In this document: positions 36,993 through 45,344 of the stretch, in pieces
How positions within the stretch are numbered: the first letter of the stretch is position 1
Layout: each line of letters starts with the position of its first letter
Assembly: GCA_965229825.1 (NCBI GenBank)
Contig: CBDDJQ010000011.1
Span: 460,487-524,486, forward strand
Origin: Vicinamibacterales bacterium
GTDB taxonomy: Bacteria > Acidobacteriota > Vicinamibacteria > Vicinamibacterales > UBA8438
Length of the DNA: 64,000 nucleotides
Direction of reading: 5' to 3'
Notes under the pieces: model-generated
Told to the model about the DNA's origin: nothing
The model's database searches: none
The model's input: the letters and a program-made list of their open reading frames with translations, nothing else
Program-made: the position numbers and the translations under genes

Positions 36993-38420
36993 GTGAGGCT
37001 GCCGACCCGCCTGTTCCTGACGTCGATGGCCGTCGCCGCCGCGGCCCTGGTGACCGTCGCGCTGATCGTCTGGTCGGCGCGCACGTCGTCGACGGGCGTC
37101 GAAGATCGGTTCGGTCCCCTCGTCCCGGCGCTCGCCGTCGGGTTCCTGGTGGCGGTGGGGGCGGCGCTGGCGGTCGCCCGGGTCGCGTCGATCCGGCTCC
37201 AGCGGCGGGTCCGGGCGCTCACCGAAATGGCCCGGCGCTATTCGGCTGGGGCGCCGTTTCCGGTCGGGCGCGAGCACGGCGACGACGAGCTGGGGGTGAT
37301 GGCGCGGGCCCTCGATCAGGCGGCGCTCGAGCTGGCCCGCCAAGTGAAGGATCTGTCCGGCCAGCAGACGCGAACCGACGCCATTCTGGGGGGGATGGTC
37401 GAGGGGGTCCTGGTGATCGACGAGCAGGGCCGGGTGCAGATCGCCAACGAATCCGTCAAGCGTATGCTCGGTATCGGCAGCGACCCGACCGGCCGCTTCC
37501 ACGTGGAGTTGATCCGGCATCCGGAGGTGGCCCGGGTGATTGCGTCGGCGGTGGCGGGTGATGCCGGGCCGGGGAACGAGGTGACGTTGAATACCGACCC
37601 CCCCAAGGTGCTGTTGGCCAATGCGCGACCCTTCGCCGCCAACGGCGAGCGGGGCGTGGCCCTCGTTCTCCACGACGTCACGGAGTTCAGGCGGGCGGAT
37701 CAGGTCCGGCAGGACTTCGTCGCCAATGTGTCGCATGAGCTGCGGACGCCGCTCACCGCGATCCGGGGCGGGGTCGAAGCCCTCCTCGAGGAGGTTCGTC
37801 CCGAGGAACGCCGATTCGTGGCGATTATCGCCAGGAACAGCGCGAGGATGGAGCGTCTGGTCAGTGACCTGTTGCGGCTGGCCCGCCTCGATGCGGGACA
37901 GGAGGAACTGGTGCTGACGCCCTGTGTCCTGGAGGCGACGTTCGATTCGGTGGTCGGCGAGCTGGCGCCGCTGGTCGAGAGCAAGCATCTGGACGTCAGG
38001 ACCTCCATCGCTTCGGACGCGGGCACGGTCCTGGCCGACCCTCTCAAGCTCCACGACGCCATCCGCAATCTCGTCGAGAACGCCGTCAACTACTCCCCGG
38101 CCGACAGCGCCATCGAGCTCGGCGCAACCGGTCGGGACGGCCACATCCGCATCACCGTCGCCGACCGCGGCCCGGGGATTCCGGACACGGATCTGACCCG
38201 GATCTTCGAGCGGTTCTATCGGGTGGACGCTGCGCGGCCCCGCGACCCGGGGGGCACCGGGCTCGGGCTGGCCATCGCCAAGCACCTGATTGGTCTGCAC
38301 GAGGGATCGGTGCGGGCGGCCAACCGGGACGGCGGCGGGACGACGTTCACCATCGAGCTGCCTCAGGCGAGGTCGTCAGGTATCGGCGGAGCTGCCGGAA
38401 CGCCTGCCCGCGATGGCTGA
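36993..38420 (+). CDS. phoR: PhoR-like sensor histidine kinase (HAMP-PAS-HisKA-HATPase)
   Basis: DFVANVSHELRTPLTAI, NLVENAVNY, DRGPGI, IFERFYRVD, GGTGLGLAI.KH. Confidence 0.93.
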   Translation: MRLPTRLFLTSMAVAAAALVTVALIVWSARTSSTGVEDRFGPLVPALAVGFLVAVGAALAVARVASIRLQRRVRALTEMARRYSAGAPFPVGREHGDDELGVMARALDQAALELARQVKDLSGQQTRTDAILGGMVEGVLVIDEQGRVQIANESVKRMLGIGSDPTGRFHVELIRHPEVARVIASAVAGDAGPGNEVTLNTDPPKVLLANARPFAANGERGVALVLHDVTEFRRADQVRQDFVANVSHELRTPLTAIRGGVEALLEEVRPEERRFVAIIARNSARMERLVSDLLRLARLDAGQEELVLTPCVLEATFDSVVGELAPLVESKHLDVRTSIASDAGTVLADPLKLHDAIRNLVENAVNYSPADSAIELGATGRDGHIRITVADRGPGIPDTDLTRIFERFYRVDAARPRDPGGTGLGLAIAKHLIGLHEGSVRAANRDGGGTTFTIELPQARSSGIGGAAGTPARDG

Positions 38421-38970
38421 CCGCCGCCTTTTCGTCCGGCGTCACCTCGGCCAGCGTGCGCCCATAGGAGGGGTAGTGGAAGATGGGGTCGTATCCGAAC
38501 CCCCCGCTGCCGCGGGGGGGCAGTTGCAGGCGCCCCTCGACGATGCCCGCGGCCTCCCAGAGGATGCCGTCGGCGCGGGCGCGCGCGAGGGCGAGGGCGC
38601 AGACGAAACGCGCGGTACTGGTGTCCGTCCCCCGTTCGGCGAGCATCCGCCGTATCGCTGCGAACTTGTCCGCATACGATTCGCCGTTGAATCGCGCCGA
38701 GCGCACACCCGGCTCTCCGTTCAGCGCGTCGATTTCGAGTCCCGAATCCTCGGCGACGGTGAGCTCTCCGGTCGCCCCGGCGTAGTAGCGCGCCTTCAGG
38801 CGGGCGTTGGCCGCGAACGTCGTACCGGTCTCCTCCGGCTCGGAAAGTCCGGCATGCTCGTCGAGCGCCGCCAGGGCCAGCGGCATCCCGCCGAGGATGT
38901 CCCGAATCTCCGCGAGCTTGCCCGGATTGGTGGTGGCGACGAGCAACCGGGACGGCCGGACGCCGGTCAC
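38347..38970 (-). CDS. rdgB: dITP/XTP pyrophosphatase (HAM1 family)
   Basis: [53 protein letters not shown]. Confidence 0.96.
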   Translation of the reverse strand: MTGVRPSRLLVATTNPGKLAEIRDILGGMPLALAALDEHAGLSEPEETGTTFAANARLKARYYAGATGELTVAEDSGLEIDALNGEPGVRSARFNGESYADKFAAIRRMLAERGTDTSTARFVCALALARARADGILWEAAGIVEGRLQLPPRGSGGFGYDPIFHYPSYGRTLAEVTPDEKAAVSHRGQAFRQLRRYLTTSPEAARW

Positions 38971-39707
38971 GGCTGCGTCAGCGCTCCGACCAGATCGCGC
39001 TGCATCTCGACCAGCCGGCGGATGCCGGTCTCGGCCAACGCGAGCAGCGCATCGTGCGAAGTACGGGAAAAGGGCGCGCCTTCGGCCGTTCCCTGCACCT
39101 CGATGAAGCGGCCGTCCCCGGTCATGACCACGTTCATGTCGACCTCCGCGTTCGAGTCTTCCTCGTAGGCGAGGTCGAGCAACGGGCTGCCGCCGACGAC
39201 TCCGACGCTGATCGCGGCGACGTGATCGGTCAGCGGCAGACGGGCGATCGCGCCGCGGTCCCGAAGCCCCCGCAACGCGAACACGAGTGCGACGAAACTT
39301 CCGGTGATCGCCGCGGTGCGGGTTCCGCCGTCGGCCTGGATGACGTCGCAGTCGATCCAGACGGTGCGTTCCCCGAGGGCTTCGAGGGTCGTGACCGCGC
39401 GCAGCGAGCGGCCGATCAGCCGTTGGATCTCCTGGGTGCGTCCGCTCGGCCTGCCGCGACTCGCCTCACGGGTCGTGCGCGTCGACGTGGCGCGCGGCAG
39501 CATCCCGTACTCGGCGGTCACCCAGCCCTTGCCGGAGCCGCGGAGGAACGGAGGCACCTTGTCTTCGATGCTCGCGGTGCAGATGACCCGGGTGCGCCCG
39601 GCTTCCATGAGGACCGACCCTTCGGGGTGTTCGAGATAGTGGGGCGTCAAAAGGGTCGGCCGGAGCTGATCGGGAGGTCGCGCATCGTTGCGGGTGGTAG
39701 GGGTCAT
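38967..39707 (-). CDS. rph: Ribonuclease PH
   Basis: [58 protein letters not shown]. Confidence 0.98.
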   Translation of the reverse strand: MTPTTRNDARPPDQLRPTLLTPHYLEHPEGSVLMEAGRTRVICTASIEDKVPPFLRGSGKGWVTAEYGMLPRATSTRTTREASRGRPSGRTQEIQRLIGRSLRAVTTLEALGERTVWIDCDVIQADGGTRTAAITGSFVALVFALRGLRDRGAIARLPLTDHVAAISVGVVGGSPLLDLAYEEDSNAEVDMNVVMTGDGRFIEVQGTAEGAPFSRTSHDALLALAETGIRRLVEMQRDLVGALTQP

Positions 39708-40333
39708 GACGAACGGTCCGGGTCGGATGACGAGCCGTCGGCCGGCATCCGGTCGGTGCTCGGGGCTTCGAGCACATCGAGGTTCTGTTTCAGGGGTCGC
39801 TGCAAGTCCACGTGTCCGACGAGCGTGTCGATCTCGACGCCGTCGACCAGGATCTGCACGGCGTCGATGGCGGCGACATTCATGGTCAGGGCGTTCACGA
39901 TGGCGTACACCGTGAACAGCTCTTCCCGCGACCCGCCGGAGTGACCGAGCGCGACCTCCTCGGTGAGATCGACGAACGCATCGCCGTCCTCGGTGAGATA
40001 GACCGCGCGCAGGGCGGTGCCGGGGGGAATCGGCGAGAGGAGCGGCGCCGGCGGTTCGTCGAGCTGGGCCTCAAGAATGACGCGGGCCTGCGCGGTCGGG
40101 TCCGCCTGGCGCGCCAGTTGGAGCGGGACTCCGACGAGCCGCATGCCGTCGTCGGAGATGTAGAACAGCGTCGAGACGGTGCGCGCGCCTGCCGTCGGTT
40201 CATTCGACGCGGCGCCGATCGGGGCCGTGGATTCTTCGGCCGGGTACCATCCAGGCAGCCCGACGAACAGCACCCAGGCGCCGCCCAGCGCGGCGGCGCC
40301 GAACGCGATTCTTGCCAGCGAGGTGCGGTTCAC
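39704..40333 (-). CDS. GerMN-domain protein
   Basis: N-terminal TM; IPPGT.LRAVY...AFVDL...[16 protein letters not shown]...VQILVDG.E..TL.GHVDL. Confidence 0.88.
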   Translation of the reverse strand: MNRTSLARIAFGAAALGGAWVLFVGLPGWYPAEESTAPIGAASNEPTAGARTVSTLFYISDDGMRLVGVPLQLARQADPTAQARVILEAQLDEPPAPLLSPIPPGTALRAVYLTEDGDAFVDLTEEVALGHSGGSREELFTVYAIVNALTMNVAAIDAVQILVDGVEIDTLVGHVDLQRPLKQNLDVLEAPSTDRMPADGSSSDPDRSS

Positions 40334-42009
40334 GGGGCCGGCCTCCCGGTCTCCTCCGAATCGTCCGCCGGCGGTTCCCCGGCGAGCGGATCGTCGACGG
40401 GAAAGCCCTGTTCCAGCAGGTCCCGGTATCGCATGATGCTGCGCAGCAGTGCGTCGACGACGGCGTTCTGAAAGGCCGGGGAGATGAGCTGGGCTTCCTG
40501 GTCGGGATTCGAGATGAACCCCATTTCGACCAGGGCGGCCGGCATGTTGGCCCCGACGAGCACTCGGAGCGGTGCCTGCTGCACGTCCCGCGGGCTCATG
40601 GGCAGTCGAGCCCGCAGCTCTTCGGCGACCGTCTGCGCCCATCGGGCGGACCGATCGACGAAGCGGAGCTGCGCCCGTTCCCAGCGCACGATGTCGAGCA
40701 TCCGGGTTCCGCCGCCGACCACCGGAATCCGTTCGCCGCCGGCCGGTACGTCCCCCGGGTCGTAGGCGTATTCGGTCGGGCTGAGATAGAAGACCTCGGC
40801 CCCGGCGGCGGTCTCCCGCACCGACGCGTTCGCGTGCAGACTGATGAACAGGTCGGCGCGGTTGTTGTTCGCGATGGCTGCGCGCTCGTCCAGCGTCACG
40901 GTGGTGTCGCCCGAGCGGGTCAGCACCACCCGCAGCCCCAGCCGGCGTTGAATAGCGGCTTGCAGCCGGCGCGCGACACTGAGGGTGACGTCCTTTTCCA
41001 GCGTGCCCTCGGGACCCCGCGTCCCGGATTCGGCGCCGCCGTGTCCCGGATCGATGGCGATGGCGCGAAGCGTCGACGGCAGTGCGAGGTCCGCCAGGTC
41101 CGGAAGCCCGGCATCTTCTTCCGTCCCGCCGGCTTCTTCCGTCCCGCGGGCCGGACGCGGATCGGGCGCCGCCGGGGCGGCAGACGTCGTCGTCGCCGCC
41201 GGTCTCAGATCGATGACCACGTCCAGACTGTCGCCGAGCGCCGGCGCGCTGGCCGCCGAATAGCTGCCGAAAGCGTCGCCGAGCTCGACTTCCAACCGGG
41301 CGCGCCGGTCGTCCACGAGCACCCGCCGGAGCAGGTCGTCGGCAGAAAAGTCGCGCAGCACGAGGTCGACGGCATCGGCGTCGAAGGTGACGAAGAGTCG
41401 GCCGGCCGCCTGTTCGATGCGAGGTTCGAGGGTCGGGGTGACCATGAGACGCAGCCGCGACTGCCGCCCGGTGCGCTGATATCGGGCGACCACCTGGGGG
41501 ACCCGGACGTCACCGAGGAGCACCAGCCCCGAGCGGGCTCTCAGCTCGACCGGCTGATCGGATACAAGGGGAAGCACTCTTCCGATGAAGTCGGTCGGTA
41601 CGAACCAGACGCCCCCGCGCTCTACCGGAGGGGCGCTGAGCGACTCGAGGCGCCCCGCGACGGACACGATCCCGTCGTCCGCCGTCAGCACCATCACCGT
41701 CGTCCCGCGCAGGAGCGTCAACCGGCCGGGTTGCCGGTCGTCGCCCAGCCGGAGACCGAACGGTTCCAGGAGCTCGGTCAGGGCGACCATGGTGCGACCG
41801 CCGATGGTGACCGTGGGCAGGGGGCGGCGGCCGTCGCGCGAGATGACCGTCAACCGGTCCGGGGCGGGCTGACCGCCGCCCGCGAGGGCGGCGCCGAGCA
41901 GGATGCAAAGCGCCCACCCGATCCGCCGCGTTCGTCTCGCCCGGGCGCCGGTCGCCGAATGTCCGGTGCAACGGTCGACCGGGCGGATGGGGTGTGACCA
42001 CGCGGACAT
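40330..42009 (-). CDS. N-acetylmuramoyl-L-alanine amidase (Amidase_3)
   Basis: IAIDPGHGG.E.G, EKDVTL, LTRSGD, L.ERAAIAN, DLFISLHANA, VEMGFISN; start uncertain. Confidence 0.92.
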   Translation of the reverse strand: MSAWSHPIRPVDRCTGHSATGARARRTRRIGWALCILLGAALAGGGQPAPDRLTVISRDGRRPLPTVTIGGRTMVALTELLEPFGLRLGDDRQPGRLTLLRGTTVMVLTADDGIVSVAGRLESLSAPPVERGGVWFVPTDFIGRVLPLVSDQPVELRARSGLVLLGDVRVPQVVARYQRTGRQSRLRLMVTPTLEPRIEQAAGRLFVTFDADAVDLVLRDFSADDLLRRVLVDDRRARLEVELGDAFGSYSAASAPALGDSLDVVIDLRPAATTTSAAPAAPDPRPARGTEEAGGTEEDAGLPDLADLALPSTLRAIAIDPGHGGAESGTRGPEGTLEKDVTLSVARRLQAAIQRRLGLRVVLTRSGDTTVTLDERAAIANNNRADLFISLHANASVRETAAGAEVFYLSPTEYAYDPGDVPAGGERIPVVGGGTRMLDIVRWERAQLRFVDRSARWAQTVAEELRARLPMSPRDVQQAPLRVLVGANMPAALVEMGFISNPDQEAQLISPAFQNAVVDALLRSIMRYRDLLEQGFPVDDPLAGEPPADDSEETGRPAP

Positions 42010-42130
42010 GATGCTCGGCGGGTGCGGGCTCTGCCGGCCGGGCGCCGGCCGAAGATCCTGGCAGCATCATAGCGTACGGACCGGTTCCGTTCGACCGGCG
42101 CACCCCGGCCGCTCGTGGTAGAAGATCCGC

Positions 42131-42784
42131 GTGCGGATCGACGGCCTCGAGTCGGAGGAGTACGCGCGGCTGCTGCAGCCGATCTGGAGCGACCTGTGTT
42201 CGACGCAGGCGCCGGTGGCCAGCGACGTCATCTTCGTATTCGGCAGCCGGGGACTGGAGGTTCCCCGGCGGGCGGCGCAGCTCTACGCCGCGGGATGGGC
42301 GCCGCGCATACTCGTGTCGGGACGCGCCGGTCCGATGACCGAGCACGTATTCGACAAGCCGGAGGCCCTCGTCTTCAAGGATGAGCTGATGCGCCGGGGG
42401 GTGCCGGCCTCGGCCGTCACGACCGAGGTCGACGCGCGCAACACCTTGGAGAACGTACGGTTCGGCATGACGATCCTCGAGGCCGCGGGGCAGAAGCCGC
42501 GGTCTGCGCTGCTGGTCGCCAAGGCCTTCGCGATGCGCCGGTGTCTTGCGACGTTCGCCCGGCAGCACCCCGGCGTGGAGGTGCGCGGGTGTCCCCCGGC
42601 CGGGTCCCTGATAGAGCATCTGGACCGGAGCCGGGCCGCCTTCGCCGCGAGGCTGGTGGCGGAGGTCCGCCGGCTGGAGGTGTACGCGGCGGCCGGCGAC
42701 ATCGAACCGTGCACGATTTCCCCTGCCGCGCGCGCGGCGTCGCGCGAGATAGCACGGCTCCTGGAACCGGCCGGGCTGCCCTGA
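42131..42784 (+). CDS. YdcF/DUF218 (ElyC/SanA-like) protein
   Basis: DVIFVFG, ILVSG, PEA..F...L...GVP, E..ARNTLENVRF. Confidence 0.85.
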   Translation: MRIDGLESEEYARLLQPIWSDLCSTQAPVASDVIFVFGSRGLEVPRRAAQLYAAGWAPRILVSGRAGPMTEHVFDKPEALVFKDELMRRGVPASAVTTEVDARNTLENVRFGMTILEAAGQKPRSALLVAKAFAMRRCLATFARQHPGVEVRGCPPAGSLIEHLDRSRAAFAARLVAEVRRLEVYAAAGDIEPCTISPAARAASREIARLLEPAGLP

Positions 42785-42928
42785 TTCCGGCCCCGGGCCC
42801 CTCGGCCGCGGCGGGCCGGCCCGCGCTTCCCGCCAACTTTCCCGCCGCATCACCGCCGGCGACCGATATCGCGTGTGCACAACCGGCGCGAAAGCCTTAA
42901 AATCAGTGTCAGGGACCCGATTGTTCAC

Positions 42929-43915
42929 ATGTCCGGCGTACACCTCTCGATAATCGGAGTGTTGTTGCTGTCCGCCCCGGCGCTGGCGGGGCAGCGCACG
43001 GGCGCCGCGGTGACGCGGGATGCGGCGCCGGTGTTCAGCTCCGGTGTCGACATGGTGACGGTCCAGGTCTCCGTTCGCGACCCCCGGGGGCGCATCGTAC
43101 GCGGTCTTGCCTGCCCGGACTTTCGGCTCGTCGACAGCGGGTACGGACGCCCCATCCGCAGTGTCTTCGAGAGCCATGCGCCGCTCCGCATCGCGGTCCT
43201 GCTCGACATGAGCGGGAGCATGGCGATCGATGGCAACATCGCCCGCGCCCGGCGCGCCGTCAGGTTGCTCATCGGTTCTTTGCAGCAGGGCCGTGACGAG
43301 GCCGCACTGTTCTCGTTCGACAGCGCGCTGCGCGAGGTCGTTCCGTTCACCGAGGATCTGGATCGATTGGACGTGGTGCGCCTGACGGGCCGGCCGTATG
43401 GCCGGACGTCACTCTATGACGCGGTGGCCGACACGGCGACTCTCGTGGGCGGGAGCGGCAATCGCCACCGGGCGCTGCTCGTGGTGACCGATGGCGTGGA
43501 TACCGGCAGCCGTCGCACCGTGGAAGAGGTGTCCGGGGTGGCCAGCGCCATCGCGGTGCCGGTACATCTGCTCACGGTCGGCGGCCTGCTGGATCGGCGC
43601 GACGGGCCCGGCGGTGCGGGCGGGGCCGACAGCGCTGCCCTGTCGGCAACGCTCGCGGATCTCGCGCGGTGGACCGGCGGCAGCGTGCGCGTGACCGGCA
43701 CCGAAGAGGATATGCTTGAAGCTCTCGGAGATTTGGTGCCGGGCCTGCGGTATCAGTACGTGCTGACGTTCCGGCCCGGTTTCCGGCGGGGGTGGCACCC
43801 CATCAAGGTTCTGACGGCGGATGATCAACTGGCGGTTCATGCCCGCCACGGCTACGTGGCGGGACGGGCTAAACTGGATCGACGACCTGTAGCGAGGGAG
43901 AGACCATGCGAGTGA
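42929..43915 (+). CDS. VWFA-related acidobacterial-type VWA domain protein
   Basis: FSSGVDMVTV.VSV.D, MIDAS motif LLDMSGSM, G.TSLYDAV, LVVTDGVDTGS, TGG, LRYQYVL. Confidence 0.88.
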   Translation: MSGVHLSIIGVLLLSAPALAGQRTGAAVTRDAAPVFSSGVDMVTVQVSVRDPRGRIVRGLACPDFRLVDSGYGRPIRSVFESHAPLRIAVLLDMSGSMAIDGNIARARRAVRLLIGSLQQGRDEAALFSFDSALREVVPFTEDLDRLDVVRLTGRPYGRTSLYDAVADTATLVGGSGNRHRALLVVTDGVDTGSRRTVEEVSGVASAIAVPVHLLTVGGLLDRRDGPGGAGGADSAALSATLADLARWTGGSVRVTGTEEDMLEALGDLVPGLRYQYVLTFRPGFRRGWHPIKVLTADDQLAVHARHGYVAGRAKLDRRPVARERPCE

Positions 43916-44574
43916 AGATGTTCAAAGTGGTGACGTTGGCAGCAGTTGTTGCGGTGGTTGCGCCGGCCTGCGCGACCCGGGGATTCGTACGCACCGAAAC
44001 CGCCGTGGTCGACGTGAAGATCGATACGGTGGCGGAAACGGTCGAGGAGACCCAGGAGCGGACCATCCAGAACGGGGAGCGGATCGGCGAGGTCGACCAG
44101 CGCGCGATGGAGGCCGGACAGGCGGCCCAGATGTCGCAGGCGGCGGCGGACGGGGCGGCCATGGCGGCGCAGGACGTCGACGCGCGCGTGGATGAGATGG
44201 CGGTGATGGCCGGCCGGTTGATCTTCGAGGTCACCCTCAGCGAGGACGAAGGGAACTTCGAGTCCGGCGGGGCCGATCTGCCGGACGCGGCGCGGGCCAG
44301 AATCGACCAGTTGATCGGACAGCTCCAGGCCGATGCGCAGAACGAGTTCCTCGAAATCGAGGGGCATACGGATGCGACCGGTGGCGAGAACAACAACCTG
44401 GAGTTGGGCATGCAGCGCGCCGAGGCGGTGAAGCGGTATCTGTACGAGCAGCACAACGTGCCGCTGCACAAGATGAACGTGTTCAGCTACGGGGAGGCGA
44501 ATCCCGTGGCATCGAACGACACGCCGGAGGGCCGGGCGCAGAATCGCCGGGTCGTCATCAGGGTGCGGACGTAA
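43906..44574 (+). CDS. OmpA-family lipoprotein
   Basis: Lipobox-like APACAT; IEGHTDATG...N.ELG.QRAEAVK.YL; SYGE.NPVA.N.T.EGRAQNRRV. Confidence 0.93.
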   Translation: MRVKMFKVVTLAAVVAVVAPACATRGFVRTETAVVDVKIDTVAETVEETQERTIQNGERIGEVDQRAMEAGQAAQMSQAAADGAAMAAQDVDARVDEMAVMAGRLIFEVTLSEDEGNFESGGADLPDAARARIDQLIGQLQADAQNEFLEIEGHTDATGGENNNLELGMQRAEAVKRYLYEQHNVPLHKMNVFSYGEANPVASNDTPEGRAQNRRVVIRVRT

Positions 44575-44582
44575 CCGTGCCG

Positions 44583-44628
44583 TGCGGGGACGGGGCGGAC
44601 GGTATTCGCCGTCCCGTCCCCGCGCATT
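44583..44628. terminator. GC-rich hairpin between convergent genes
   Basis: TGCGGGGACGGGGCGG...CCGTCCCGTCCCCGCGCA inverted repeat just after the OmpA-family stop; no clear U tract. Confidence 0.4.
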
Positions 44629-44803
44629 CGCCAGCCGCGGGCACCCGTGCACGGCCCGACCGGGGCCCGGCAAAATAGTCGCGTTGCGGGCTCCGCTTCC
44701 GTCCGACCGACCCTGACCCGGGGATCGGCGCCTCGCGGCTCCGCTTGCCGCCCAACCAACCCTCCAGCAGTCCGCGCCGTTCTACGGCGCAAGCCCCTGG
44801 CCG

Positions 44804-45223
44804 CTAGCGGATGACTACCCGCATCGCCGCCTGCACCACGACCTCTTCCTGCCCGTGGTCATTGAGCAGGATTCCGACGACTTCATAGTCACCCGCGGGG
44901 AATCCGCGCCAGACGAAGCTGTGCAGCGGTTCCGAATCGATGCCCCGCAGGCCGATGGTCGTGCTCCGATAGTACGAGCCGGAATCGGCGAAGATGCGAA
45001 GCTCCTTGGAGTTTTCGGTCGGTTGTATCAGGATGCTGATCTCGACTTCGCCCGGCGCGGCAAGGAGCAATGTCGGTTGGGGTTCGGAGAACGCCGGCGG
45101 TTCCACCGGGGTTCCGGTCCCGCCCGTCGTCGGTCGTTGGGTCGAGGTCGCGGCCGCCTGCAGGCCGGCGGTCAGGATGACGATGACGAAGCTGACAAGT
45201 CCTATCCGTCGTATGGTCTTCAT
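44804..45223 (-). CDS. Hypothetical secreted protein
   Basis: RBS GGAGGG; signal peptide MKTIRRIGLVSFVIVIL; beta-rich (Ig-like) body. Confidence 0.65.
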   Translation of the reverse strand: MKTIRRIGLVSFVIVILTAGLQAAATSTQRPTTGGTGTPVEPPAFSEPQPTLLLAAPGEVEISILIQPTENSKELRIFADSGSYYRSTTIGLRGIDSEPLHSFVWRGFPAGDYEVVGILLNDHGQEEVVVQAAMRVVIR

Positions 45224-45270
45224 CAGCGTGCCCTCCCGGCCGGCGGCGGGGTGCTTGCCGGCCATGCAAT

Positions 45271-45308
45271 GTTAAATATGTGTTAATTGTAGGTTGCATA
45301 GACGTTAA
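45271..45308 (-). promoter_or_regulatory. Pho-box-like array of four half-sites in an AT-rich divergent promoter
   Basis: + strand GTTAA/GTTAA/GTTGC/GTTAA at 45271, 45282, 45293, 45304 (TTAAC on the minus strand), exact 11-bp period. Confidence 0.6.
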
Positions 45309-45344
45309 TCTCAACCGTTCCTTTGCAGCCCCGCCAATCCGTCC

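Noticed and set aside
38347-38420. 74-bp convergent overlap of phoR and rdgB
   Set aside because: Both overlapping tails are non-conserved extensions, common in GC-rich genomes.
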